DNA of 64,000 nucleotides, from NCBI GenBank assembly GCA_000146465.1, contig CP001946.1; one strand, written 5' to 3'. Each line of letters begins with the position of its first letter. The first letter of the stretch is position 1. Below, one piece after another: positions 52,616 to 62,465 of the stretch. The position numbers were made by a program, and so were the translations under genes. The notes under the pieces were generated by a model. The model made no database searches and was not told the DNA's origin. It saw only the letters and a list, made by a program, of their open reading frames with translations.

Positions 52616-53182
52616 CTACCTGAAGATAATTTTATTAACTTCTGCCTCAAACTCGTCCCTTATTGTTTGAAGCCTTGATGCAAAGCTATTATCTACAATT
52701 GTGGTATAGTCCTTTGAGCACAGAAGAACTCCCCCCACACCCTCTGGAACCATTTCCCTGATCTCCGAGTTTTTACACTCCTTTTCCACCACCTTCCTGT
52801 CCTTCTTGTTGCAATATACAATGAACTCCCCATCTATTTTCCTAGCACATTCAGCTATCAGAGAAGGATTAAGGGGTCTTGAGGAGCATATCTTCAGTGT
52901 CTCCCCATAGATTTCATCTAGAATTTTAACTTTTTCTTCAAGATACTTCTGATTGTACATGTTTATCAGCGAATTCTCTGCCATTACTTTTTTCTTCTCA
53001 ATTTCTTTCTGTTTCAACAAAAATTCATTCTCTATTCGAGTTGTTTCCTCTTTAATTATTCTGGCCTTCTCGGCATTGTACTCCTGTGTAGCCTTTATCT
53101 TCATTTCCCTGATCTTCTCGTCTGCCTCATGGTTGATGAATGTCATCATCCTCTCTATGTCCTTACTCGGAACCCTGTCCAT
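52616..53182 (-). CDS. V-type ATPase subunit E.
   Basis: IERMMTFINHEADEKIREMKIKATQEYNAEKARIIKEE… aligns with the Vma4 N-terminus (…[32 protein letters not shown]…). The length of 188 aa fits. Confidence 0.8.
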   Translation of the reverse strand: MDRVPSKDIERMMTFINHEADEKIREMKIKATQEYNAEKARIIKEETTRIENEFLLKQKEIEKKKVMAENSLINMYNQKYLEEKVKILDEIYGETLKICSSRPLNPSLIAECARKIDGEFIVYCNKKDRKVVEKECKNSEIREMVPEGVGGVLLCSKDYTTIVDNSFASRLQTIRDEFEAEVNKIIFR

Positions 53183-53317
53183 CTCCTCTGTTAAAGGGTA
53201 TTGTTTTCACCCTATTTCAGGGACAGAACAGGAGTTCTATCACTCATCATCCCTAAAATTGATAGCGGTACTCCAAAAGAACTGCTTAATTAGATTTAAA
53301 CATTTATTCTACTATCC

Positions 53318-54406
53318 TCAGACACCCTTGACAATCTGGACCACATCACTATCGTTTAGGATGTGCTCCTTCCCAACCTTTTGTGGATTGTGTTTGACCG
53401 AGGTCCCCCATACCAATGCATGTTTAAATTTGGCAAGAATCCCTCTATGTATTGCATTGCAGAAGTCCGCCACACTCCTCTTGCTACTCTTAAGAATAAC
53501 AGGCTCTTCGTAGTCGATAGGCTCCCCTTTTGGCTTTGGGTATATCCTTACAAGATCAAGATAGTCCCACATCTTGGATAGAAGTGAGTCGAAGTTCCAC
53601 CCCAAGTTTGCACACACTGGGACAGAATGGGGGATCTTATAAAGTAGATCCAATTCCTCTACACTGATCGAGTCAATCTTGTTCAGTACATATATGCAAG
53701 GAACATACTTCCTATTTCCTTCAATCACATCAATGAGATCATCGATTGTGCACGGCCCATTTGTTATAACTTCTGCATTTGACATTCTGAACTCCCCAAG
53801 AACAGCTTTTACCGTAGCAGCATCCAGGCTGTCTCCAATTAATGAAACTCCTCCCTTTTCTTTCTTTGTTATCTTAATTTTTGGAGGCTGCCTATTGAGT
53901 CTGATTCCAACTCCTTCAAGCTCCCTCTCAATCACCGCCTTATGGGACACAGGCTTAAGAACATCCAGGCATACTATAATCAACGAACATGTTCTTGCAA
54001 CAGCCAAAACTTGCTTTCCCCTACCTTTTCCGTCCTTTGCCCCCTCAATTATTCCCGGAAGATCGAGGATCTGTATCTTTGCTCCGTTGTAGCTCAGCAC
54101 TCCAGGAACTGTTGTTAGTGTAGTGAATTCGTATGCAGCAACCGCACTGAAGGTCCCTGTTAGCCTAGACATAAGAGTGCTCTTTCCAACACTCGGAAAT
54201 CCCACAAAACCGACTCTTGCTATCCCTGTCTTTCCAACGTCAAACCCTCCTTCTCCTGACGATCCAGACTTCGGTGCAGATATTAGCTCTCTTCTCAGCT
54301 TGGCCAGCTTTGCCTTCAGAATCCCTAAATGATTGCTTGTGGCCTTGTTCTTCTGGGTTCTTGCCATCTCAGCCTCTATTTCCCTAATCTTGTCCAAGAC
54401 GTTCAT
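53318..54406 (-). CDS. Developmentally regulated GTP-binding protein (DRG/Rbg1, Obg family) with a C-terminal TGS domain.
   Basis: [24 protein letters not shown] (G1), DLPGIIEGA (G3) and NKID (G4) are present. The C-terminal TGS-like region is …[23 protein letters not shown]. Confidence 0.9.
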   Translation of the reverse strand: MNVLDKIREIEAEMARTQKNKATSNHLGILKAKLAKLRRELISAPKSGSSGEGGFDVGKTGIARVGFVGFPSVGKSTLMSRLTGTFSAVAAYEFTTLTTVPGVLSYNGAKIQILDLPGIIEGAKDGKGRGKQVLAVARTCSLIIVCLDVLKPVSHKAVIERELEGVGIRLNRQPPKIKITKKEKGGVSLIGDSLDAATVKAVLGEFRMSNAEVITNGPCTIDDLIDVIEGNRKYVPCIYVLNKIDSISVEELDLLYKIPHSVPVCANLGWNFDSLLSKMWDYLDLVRIYPKPKGEPIDYEEPVILKSSKRSVADFCNAIHRGILAKFKHALVWGTSVKHNPQKVGKEHILNDSDVVQIVKGV

Positions 54407-54467
54407 TAAGGGCCATAAGCTTTCTGTATATATCCAGAGATTTATAATTGTCCGTTAGATCCTTCGA

Positions 54468-55682
54468 ATGAAGATAGTTGCCGAGTACGACATAAGACTG
54501 TCGAAAGAGACAGAGCCTATAGCATTTTACAAACTACCATGTACAGAAAGAAATCTTCGGATCCAAACAGTGCGCTGGAAGCGCCAATTCAAGTACTTGG
54601 AGATGGATATGAAGTTACCGAAGCCGGGACGAAGAATGCGAAGGACAGAAGAGAGGAAGACAAATATTATTACCTACGAAAGCTATGGATTCACACCATC
54701 CTCTATTCAATGGTATGGGAAGATAGACCACCTCAAGAAAACCATCATTCTGCGGCAAATAGAATGTATCCACCTATTCAATCCGAAGTTTGGGAGTTCC
54801 GAAATAGAGAAAGACCGCCAGGAGGCCGATGGATATCAGTTCAAGAGGGCAGAGACACGCGAAGAAAAGGAGCACAGAAGAAAGAACATAAACTTCTACA
54901 TTAAGAAGATGAATCTCGAGGAGTTTGTTACAATGGAATACAGCAGGAAGGAGATGTCCCAGGAGTGCAGCAATTCCCACGACCTATCTGCGGTTGAAGA
55001 CGATGTGAAGCCTGGAATGAAAATAAGGAGCTCTATAATTAATGCTAAAGTTGTCAATTTTTCTGAGCTTGCTCTACTTTACAAGGACCAGAACGCAATC
55101 AAGGCAGCATTATCGAGATACACCAACTTTATTAATGGAAGATACATACTTTCCAACATGTTTTATGAAAAGAGTCTGCACTGTATTCGAGATGGGATTC
55201 TGGAACTTTTCAAGGGTAGGGAAAGAGTCCTGTGTAAAGATGTGTATCTACTTGCAGGAGAGGAGAAGTTCTTGGTTGAAGAGCTCTGCAGAAGGGATGG
55301 GAAATATTTCCTACTCAGAGGTTTTAGCGAGGACACAAATAAGTGTGATGATGGCAGCATAGGGCAAGAAATACGCTTTATAGTGGAAAAGCACAAGCCT
55401 TGTTCGATCGAGGTTATCCAAGAGGAGATGCTGCTGGACCCTGATGCTATAAAGAGGAATCTGCCGGGAGATGTGGCGGTTCTGGCAAATGGAATGCTTG
55501 CGGTCTGCAAGGGAGATGATAAAAGAAAAAGAATAATAGAAATGCTGGTGGAAAAGAAAAGCTGGAAGAAGAGCGAAGTGTTAAGGATTGCACAAAACGA
55601 GTCTGGGGGGATTGAAGATTTCTTCTCTGTGTTCGGTGAGTACTGTGAGCTGAGGGGGAATGTGTGGAGCATCAAAGAATAA
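54468..55682 (+). CDS. Hypothetical protein of 404 aa.
   Basis: It is an intact ORF. No diagnostic motif was recognised. Confidence 0.45.
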   Translation: MKIVAEYDIRLSKETEPIAFYKLPCTERNLRIQTVRWKRQFKYLEMDMKLPKPGRRMRRTEERKTNIITYESYGFTPSSIQWYGKIDHLKKTIILRQIECIHLFNPKFGSSEIEKDRQEADGYQFKRAETREEKEHRRKNINFYIKKMNLEEFVTMEYSRKEMSQECSNSHDLSAVEDDVKPGMKIRSSIINAKVVNFSELALLYKDQNAIKAALSRYTNFINGRYILSNMFYEKSLHCIRDGILELFKGRERVLCKDVYLLAGEEKFLVEELCRRDGKYFLLRGFSEDTNKCDDGSIGQEIRFIVEKHKPCSIEVIQEEMLLDPDAIKRNLPGDVAVLANGMLAVCKGDDKRKRIIEMLVEKKSWKKSEVLRIAQNESGGIEDFFSVFGEYCELRGNVWSIKE

Positions 55683-55749
55683 TGTTCTGGGCCCTTGGCA
55701 AACTATTCGGGACTTGAAAACAAAAATTTGATCCCTGCCTGGATAGATT

Positions 55750-57048
55750 ATGATGGAGTTTTGTAGGATTAATGAATTGAACAAAAGGATCCAAGAGCTT
55801 TATCATGCTATGCTTGCAGTGGTTCCGCTTGAAGGGATTGGAGAGCATCCGTTTGATTACTTCAAGGGAGAGGTTGGGCGGATAATTGATTCTGTAGATG
55901 TGGTTCTTAAGGAGATGGTCAATAAAAAGTTAGAATTGCAAAAAGAAATTGATGGAATGGTGAAGGAGATGATGAGGGACTGTACAGACATTGAGGTGTC
56001 TGTTCCCTCTATCCCTAATCTATGCAACCTGTATGTTCTCAAAGAATATGTGAGGAATGAAGCAGAGGGTATAATGATACTAAAGAAGGCAGTGGAGGGA
56101 CGGATGGCAGCGATTATAGAAGAGATGGAGCTGGAGGCCTCCAATGTTGGGATGAAAAAAATTGACTGGATGGATATGGAGTGTGCTGGAGATAAGAAGG
56201 GTGTCTCACTAATGAATCTTCGGGAGCTTGAAATGCATCGGGATGTTTTGAGGAACAAAAGAGAGAGCATGGAGAGAAATAGGGATAGGTTGTACAGAGA
56301 GCTTTGCGTGTTTCTATCACAGTTGTCCAGAAGTGATCCCGAAGTGACTATAGATCAGAAGATCTTTATTCTTGAAAGACTTCATAGAAGATACAAGGAA
56401 GAAGTTGAAAAAAGGGACAAAGAGTTTAGAGGACTTGAGATGGAGATAAGAAGAAGAGAAGGGTATCTCGGGATCGCATGCAAGGATATTGAAATGGATT
56501 TGAGCGAGGCAAATTTAGAGATGATGAGGGACTACGAAAGGTATCTTCTGGAAGAACAGGAAAGACAACTTGATGAGATATACGAGAAGAAAAAAGGCTT
56601 GCTCAAGGAGCTTCTGGAAGTTTTTGGAGAAGATATGGAGGATTACAAGAGGACTGAAAAGGACATTGAAGAGATGTCAAAGATGATTGAAAAGCTAGAA
56701 TCCAAGAAGGATCTCTTCCTGTCGATAAGCTCACTGATGGAGAAAAGGTCTGAGCTTATTAGCAAGATGAATGAATTTGAGAAGATAGCGTCGGATCCAA
56801 AGAGGTTGTTTAGGTCGTCTTTGCAGCTCTTGAGTGAGGAGAAGTTCAGGAACAGCGCATATCCAAATCTAATAAGGATTGAGGAGACGATGTTCAAGCT
56901 TCTGGACGAATATGAAAATAGGTTTGGAAAGTTGTTTAAGGATGGAGTAGACTTCAAGGGATCGCTAAGAGAAGAGATAGAAAATAGAATTGTAAACAAA
57001 ACCGTGTTTATCAACAGGTTGGATTCGCCTTCCAGAAAGAGGAGATAG
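55750..57048 (+). CDS. Hypothetical coiled-coil protein of 432 aa.
   Basis: It is an intact ORF rich in heptad-like E/K/R/L segments. CCC lies about 20 nt upstream. Confidence 0.45.
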   Translation: MMEFCRINELNKRIQELYHAMLAVVPLEGIGEHPFDYFKGEVGRIIDSVDVVLKEMVNKKLELQKEIDGMVKEMMRDCTDIEVSVPSIPNLCNLYVLKEYVRNEAEGIMILKKAVEGRMAAIIEEMELEASNVGMKKIDWMDMECAGDKKGVSLMNLRELEMHRDVLRNKRESMERNRDRLYRELCVFLSQLSRSDPEVTIDQKIFILERLHRRYKEEVEKRDKEFRGLEMEIRRREGYLGIACKDIEMDLSEANLEMMRDYERYLLEEQERQLDEIYEKKKGLLKELLEVFGEDMEDYKRTEKDIEEMSKMIEKLESKKDLFLSISSLMEKRSELISKMNEFEKIASDPKRLFRSSLQLLSEEKFRNSAYPNLIRIEETMFKLLDEYENRFGKLFKDGVDFKGSLREEIENRIVNKTVFINRLDSPSRKRR

Positions 57049-57105
57049 TGTTTTCAGAGTAAGGCCCATTCCTTTTCCCTGGACAATAGGTTCTTGGCCC
57101 CAATC

Positions 57106-57852
57106 TCAAATGGTGGAATATATCGACGAGTATTGGCGAAGAACATATGGCTCTACCTTGAGGCGTGTACAAAAAACCACCAGGAGTACATAAGTGATTA
57201 TACTACAGCTAGGTCCCTGGATTCCCCACTGTGTATAGACAGGAGCAGTTATCTTAAGATTAAGAAGACTCTGTCTTATGGGAATGGTCCCTACAAGAGA
57301 TACTATTTCGTTGTATTTATCTGTCTTGTGGAGGGCCATAAAGCCCGGGATGTTGTCTCCTCCTAGGATGCATCTTCCAACTTCCTTTGAAATTAATTCC
57401 ATAAAGTCCTCCTGAGACTCCAAGACATCATTTAGATTCCAGCCGATTACTTCGGAAAGCCCCCTTGGGCTTTCGAAAAGAAGGCTTTTTGAGAAGCGAA
57501 GAATCTCCTTCATGGTTTGAAAGATTCTGCTTTCGATCTCTGCCAACCTCTTGGCCTCGTCCTGTGACTGGGCTGCATTGCGTTTTCCAGATGCAAGATC
57601 TCTTATGGTTGTCTTTAGATACTCTTCATTGTCTATAAGGATCTCGAAAACTGTGTTAACTGCGGAAAAGTACATTTCTCCGGTGACAGGCTTGTCTTCT
57701 CCAGAAACTATGTTTCCAAGTCTGCAGTTTTGAAATGCAACACCGGCAACTTGTCTATCCATTTGTCCTATTTCATACATTCCGTGATTTATCTTTCCAA
57801 AATAAAAAATATCTATGTTTCTCATTATAGCATACAGAGGGATCAATCTCAT
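57106..57852 (-). CDS. Hypothetical protein of 248 aa. Its C-terminal ~45 aa may be read-through.
   Basis: It is an intact ORF. The helical middle region has no recognised motif. The 3' part overlaps a plus-strand ORF and looks low-complexity. Confidence 0.35.
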   Translation of the reverse strand: MRLIPLYAIMRNIDIFYFGKINHGMYEIGQMDRQVAGVAFQNCRLGNIVSGEDKPVTGEMYFSAVNTVFEILIDNEEYLKTTIRDLASGKRNAAQSQDEAKRLAEIESRIFQTMKEILRFSKSLLFESPRGLSEVIGWNLNDVLESQEDFMELISKEVGRCILGGDNIPGFMALHKTDKYNEIVSLVGTIPIRQSLLNLKITAPVYTQWGIQGPSCSIITYVLLVVFCTRLKVEPYVLRQYSSIYSTI

Positions 57853-58001
57853 GGATCTGTCTATTTGTCCAGTAATGTTTATTTACTTTCTCAGGATGGA
57901 TGATGCGATGTCATTTAAGATGACGGATGAAGGGATTCAGGGCACATCTTTCTGTTTGGCAATGGAGAGCAGTGAATAAACAGAGAAAAGGGATCCCTCT
58001 G

Positions 58002-59375
58002 ATGGACATCAGGCAAATAGAGCTCCGGAGACAGCAGGCAAATATTTTGTTCAAGGAACAACGGATCGGCGAGGCACTGGACATTTACCAGAAGTCTCTT
58101 GCAGAAGCTATGAAATGTGTAGTGCCAGGCACTAGGAACTATCCCCTTGAGGAACAATTGTCTCTACTGACGTATAATATCTGCATAGTTTATTACAGGC
58201 AAAAGAACTTTCCCAAATCGCTTGTATTTGGACTTGAATCACTAAAGTATCTTGAAAACGACAAGACTCGAAACAAGATATGTGCAGTATACCTTCGGCT
58301 TGGGATGATACGGGAATACAAGGAAGTCTATGAAAGGATAATGGATAAGAGTTCTAGTCCTGAGATTTCCTCCCTGCTGAGCAGAATGAAGCTGGACAAG
58401 CAGACTGTTGAGAAGTATCTAGAAAGGTGCATAACACTGAAAAGACTACAGGAGCTATCTAAGGAAATATCTGAGGGGAAGGTCATACCGACGGACATAT
58501 TGGAATCTATACTTGAGCAAGGAGAAAGTGTTTTTTTAGGTTGCGAAAATGTTGTATATGTTGAAAGCGATAAGGAGGTTTTGGTTTTTGGAGACACACA
58601 TGGACAGTATTTTGACATTGTGGGAATCCTGAACAAGGTATTTGATGGAGACAGGGTGTTCATATTTAACGGAGACTACGTAGATAGAGGAGCACATTCG
58701 GTGGAGAATTTTGTTCTCCTGCTCTCGTTAAAGATCCTCTTTCCAAAGCGTTTTTACCTAACAAGAGGAAACCATGAACTTTTGGATATAAACAAGGTCT
58801 ATGGCTTTTACGACGAAGTAAGAAGGAAATATCCGTTCAGCAGCAGTTCTATATACCAAAAGTTTCAGAATGTGTTCAAAGCACTGCCCATTTCGGTAAT
58901 TGTTAATGAAAAGGTCTTCATAACACACGGGGGACTGCCAGGAGTGCCGACCAGGGTGGAAGATCTGCAGAAAGCCTACAGAATGACCGATTCACATGCA
59001 GATGAGCTGTTGAAAGGGTTTTTGTGGTCGGATCCAGAGGAAATAGAAGGAATAGAAGAGAGCAAAAGAAGAGCCGGTGTGGTTTTCGGGGCGGATGTGA
59101 CAGAGCGCTTTTTGGAGATGAACAGATTGGATTTGTTGATTCGAAGCCACCAAGCTGTCGAAAATGGATACAAGGCACACCACGGAGGAAGACTTGTAAC
59201 TGTATTTTCGGCACCTTACTATGAAGGCAGTGAGGAATTAGGTTCCTATCTTATTCTGAATCCTTCGGAAAGAGAAGGAGACCAAACTATCAGTGTGTCT
59301 GGTTTCACAAGATACAGAGTGGAAAGATTCGGAAGATCCAGCCACAAAGAAGTATTAAAGCTTCTGTGCGATTAA
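58002..59375 (+). CDS. Serine/threonine protein phosphatase 5 (PPT1/PP5), with N-terminal TPR repeats and a PPP catalytic domain.
   Basis: GDTHGQ, GDYVDRG, RGNHE and the other PPP metallophosphatase motifs are present. TPR repeats precede them. The start was taken at the Met preceded by CCC; the track ORF starts at 57927. Confidence 0.9.
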   Translation: MDIRQIELRRQQANILFKEQRIGEALDIYQKSLAEAMKCVVPGTRNYPLEEQLSLLTYNICIVYYRQKNFPKSLVFGLESLKYLENDKTRNKICAVYLRLGMIREYKEVYERIMDKSSSPEISSLLSRMKLDKQTVEKYLERCITLKRLQELSKEISEGKVIPTDILESILEQGESVFLGCENVVYVESDKEVLVFGDTHGQYFDIVGILNKVFDGDRVFIFNGDYVDRGAHSVENFVLLLSLKILFPKRFYLTRGNHELLDINKVYGFYDEVRRKYPFSSSSIYQKFQNVFKALPISVIVNEKVFITHGGLPGVPTRVEDLQKAYRMTDSHADELLKGFLWSDPEEIEGIEESKRRAGVVFGADVTERFLEMNRLDLLIRSHQAVENGYKAHHGGRLVTVFSAPYYEGSEELGSYLILNPSEREGDQTISVSGFTRYRVERFGRSSHKEVLKLLCD

Positions 59376-59516
59376 AGTTCTTTATTTCGAAGGCATATCT
59401 CAGACAAAGAAAAAAAGACAACCAGTGATTTGGGATTGGCAAGGCTCCTCTTGTGTGCTCTTGAATAATCCGAAACGTGTTTTGTATTAGAAAATGTATT
59501 TAATTTAGGGAAACAG

Positions 59517-60167
59517 ATGATTGGGAGGATGAGGAATGAGTATGACTTATTGGACGAAAGAATCAGCAGATTCTGGCACCAAGCCTTCAAGGGAGCAGTG
59601 GAAGAGAGAATACTCCTGAAGGACCTGAATCTACCCCTTGCACGGATAAAACGGCTGATGAAGATTGAGGAGGGGGTCAGGATGGTTGCTTCAGAGGTCC
59701 CTGTCTTGTTTTCGATGATAACAGAAAAGTTCATTGAGGAGCTCACTCTTCGGGCCTGGATAAACACCGAGGAAAACAAGAGAAGGATACTACAGAAGTC
59801 TGATCTAACAGCTGCTGTGAAGACGTCCGAGATGTTTGACTTTCTTGTATATATTGTCCCAAGGAATGATCTTTTGCATCCTTTCAATCATCTAGTGCCC
59901 AACAAGGTGCATCATGGTGGAGAAGACTTTTCCGCCAGAGGAGATGCATATGTGAAGCAGCATGTGCTTGGAGAAAGGCAGATGATGGAAGACATGGCCG
60001 AGAAGATGGGGAATCCGCACCAGGGCTTTTATCCCCAGGAGCATCGGGTAGGGGATGAGGTTGCTAAATCCATGGCCAACTCTCATGCGGATGACTATAG
60101 AAGAGGGTTTGATATTCCCTTTGGTAGAGACATGTCTGCAGATATAGCACCAAGTTCCTTCAGATGA
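59517..60167 (+). CDS. Histone-fold transcription factor NF-YC (HAP5-like).
   Basis: LPLARIKRLMKIEEGVRMVASEVPVLFSMITEKFIEELTLRAWINTEENKRRILQKSDLTAAVKTSEMFDFLVYIVPR is nearly collinear with the NF-YC histone-fold core. Confidence 0.85.
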   Translation: MIGRMRNEYDLLDERISRFWHQAFKGAVEERILLKDLNLPLARIKRLMKIEEGVRMVASEVPVLFSMITEKFIEELTLRAWINTEENKRRILQKSDLTAAVKTSEMFDFLVYIVPRNDLLHPFNHLVPNKVHHGGEDFSARGDAYVKQHVLGERQMMEDMAEKMGNPHQGFYPQEHRVGDEVAKSMANSHADDYRRGFDIPFGRDMSADIAPSSFR

Positions 60168-60222
60168 TTTTTTATTAGAAAGTTTGTAATAAACTTAGTT
60201 ATAGTTCTTTCCAGGAGCATCA

Positions 60223-61425
60223 TTATTGCGAACTCTTATCTTTCTTCGAGTCACCTATGTGCTTGTCAATTATCTTAATTATCTCGGGAACAAGAATCTT
60301 CCTTGTCAGTTTCTTGCTTGCAGAATAGTATTCCAGGCCTTTGTACTCGATGCTCTTCATTTTGTTCCTTCCGACAATATCCTTCAGAAAAGGAAAGCTT
60401 GAAAAGATTATGTTCCTAACACCTTTGATCTTGGTTGCCACAAAGAAGAAGTCCAGGCCCATTGCCTTTCGGAAGCTTTCTATTTGAAGTTGCAAGGCCA
60501 TCCCTGTCTTTCCCTCGGGGAGTCCCCTAATGTTCTTTCCTTCTCTATCTGCCCAATCCTCAAATGGGTACTTTACTGTCGATCCCCCGAAAAAGAACTT
60601 CTTGTGATGGAAGGCCTTAAAGTCCTTCTGAAGAATAAGATCTGTTCCATGTTCGCTATCATTTCTCCTGGCAAGCCTTAAAGCCCGTATCGTCTTCTTC
60701 AGCTCCTTCTTCTTCACGCCAGCCATTCTTTTCAGCTTTTTATATTCGGCTATATCGAAGATACTTGTGCGCCTTTTTAAGAATCCTGTATCCATCAGAA
60801 TCGGAATAAGTAAGAGCTTAGCAAAAGCCGAGCAAAGCGCCTCTTTCTCCTCACCTTTCCGGCGCTTGTTCACCAGCTCTGCACAGTGGTTCTTTTTTGT
60901 CAGGTCCTCTCCAAGATATTTGGAAACCAATGTTGTTGCAGACCCGACGTCCAGATCGATATACATTCTTTTCGCAGGAGGAACATGCCCCGAAAGCATG
61001 TGGTGATCAATAACCAGCTCGACTTCACTATCATCAAACACCTCGGCAGGTTTGTTATGATCCGTGAGGAGAAGCTTGATCTTCTTCCCAGATATCGGAT
61101 ACTGCTTTCCCTCTAAGTCGAAATACGCTCCTACTTTTCTTGCCTTTGGTGAGAAATGTAGTGTTGGTTTAACAAGGAATATCAGATCGTCTACATCTAT
61201 TCCAAATTCCCTACACACACACATAATTTCTCCTTTTGCCATGAAGACCTCCTTTCTCATATTGACAACATGAATAGCGTCTTCAGCATACGCCACCACC
61301 AATGAACTTATAAACGAGTCAAGATCACACGCCTCGTTTCCCATGGCAATCCTAAGTTCTCCGTGGAGAATTCGTTCTTTGTTGGTTGCAAAAAATGATT
61401 TCAGCCTTTCTTCCAGTAAGGTCAT
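60223..61425 (-). CDS. DHH-family phosphoesterase (exopolyphosphatase PPX1 / prune-like).
   Basis: DHH motifs are present (LLTDHNKP, ELVIDHHM). A DHHA2-like C-terminal region is present. The length of about 400 aa fits. Confidence 0.65.
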   Translation of the reverse strand: MTLLEERLKSFFATNKERILHGELRIAMGNEACDLDSFISSLVVAYAEDAIHVVNMRKEVFMAKGEIMCVCREFGIDVDDLIFLVKPTLHFSPKARKVGAYFDLEGKQYPISGKKIKLLLTDHNKPAEVFDDSEVELVIDHHMLSGHVPPAKRMYIDLDVGSATTLVSKYLGEDLTKKNHCAELVNKRRKGEEKEALCSAFAKLLLIPILMDTGFLKRRTSIFDIAEYKKLKRMAGVKKKELKKTIRALRLARRNDSEHGTDLILQKDFKAFHHKKFFFGGSTVKYPFEDWADREGKNIRGLPEGKTGMALQLQIESFRKAMGLDFFFVATKIKGVRNIIFSSFPFLKDIVGRNKMKSIEYKGLEYYSASKKLTRKILVPEIIKIIDKHIGDSKKDKSSQ

Positions 61426-61598
61426 TGTTACTTCTTCTCAAGGACCTAATAAAAATAAATCTGAAACAAGAAGCAGCTCTCGAAAAATGCAGGTTTGTAG
61501 GATTCCTTTCTCCTTAATCCTTCGATTTCTCCTTTATGGGGTGACAGACTCCTTTATTCTCCTTACATCGATAAAAGATCTCAAGGCTGAAGAGACTC

Positions 61599-61859
61599 AT
61601 GAGTTTTCTCACAGAGGAAGAGAAAAGAAGAATGTTGATTATGCAGATAGAGAAAACAGCTGAAGAAATCAGAAAGGGACAAAAACTTGGCATTTCACCA
61701 AACTACACACATTTTTTTGGCTTGAGATCATCAGGGATGTACTCGAAAATCTCGGTAAAATCCAAGGAAGGAATTGTGTGGGCTTGGTTTTTAATTGTAA
61801 TGTTTTTGGTGTGCTCCACAGCCATACTGATTTTCATGAAAAAGTTTGATATCATCTAG
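61599..61859 (+). CDS. Small tail-anchored membrane protein of 86 aa. It could be a SNARE or translocon-accessory subunit.
   Basis: A charged N-terminal helix (EEKRRMLIMQIEKTAEEIRK) is followed by a single C-terminal TM helix (IVWAWFLIVMFLVCSTAILIF). There is no firm homology. Confidence 0.3.
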   Translation: MSFLTEEEKRRMLIMQIEKTAEEIRKGQKLGISPNYTHFFGLRSSGMYSKISVKSKEGIVWAWFLIVMFLVCSTAILIFMKKFDII

Positions 61860-61896
61860 TGGAAAGCTGTTTATGAAAATTTTGCTATCCCTGAGA

Positions 61897-62460
61897 ATGG
61901 GAGCTGTTACAAAGAAGAGTAAGGAAAAGAAGCATGCAGAGCTTGAAAAGGTTGGAAAGTATGCAGAGGAATACCCCCTTGTTGCAGTGATTGAAAACCC
62001 AAGCATATCTAACGTCATACTCAAAAAGATTAGAGAGGACTTCAGTGGTGTATCCAGGATTCTGTTTGTGAGAAAGAAGATGGCAAGAGCGGTGTACAAC
62101 ATGCCTTCTATGCCAAAAGACTCCTTCTTCTTGATGTTTGGGGACACAGAAGCCATCGAAAGAGCCAAGACATACCAGTACGAGGATTTCCTCGAGAAAG
62201 GCGATGTTTGCCCTGCTCGGGTTGTCATAGAAAAGCAAGTGATAAGAAACAAAGAGATGATTGAGATTCTTCCTGTATCCATGAAGGACGAGCAAATGCA
62301 GTTGAAAGAGGACTATGTTGCTTGCGAGGCTGGAGAGGAGGTTGATGAGGTGAAGGCAAAGATCTTAAGGTTCTTTGGGAAGAGATTGAAAAAAAAGAAC
62401 CTGGTTGTATTCGATGTAACCCCATCCTCCAGTCTTCTAAAAAAAACCACAAACGATTAA
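61897..62460 (+). CDS. Mrt4 / ribosomal P0-like ribosome assembly factor.
   Basis: The N-terminus MGAVTKKSKEKK… followed by YPLVAVIENPSISNVILKKIREDFSG…ILFVRKKMARAV fits the uL10/Mrt4 family pattern. The start was moved to the Met preceded by CCC; the track ORF starts at 61846. Confidence 0.65.
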   Translation: MGAVTKKSKEKKHAELEKVGKYAEEYPLVAVIENPSISNVILKKIREDFSGVSRILFVRKKMARAVYNMPSMPKDSFFLMFGDTEAIERAKTYQYEDFLEKGDVCPARVVIEKQVIRNKEMIEILPVSMKDEQMQLKEDYVACEAGEEVDEVKAKILRFFGKRLKKKNLVVFDVTPSSSLLKKTTND

Positions 62461-62465
62461 AAGAT

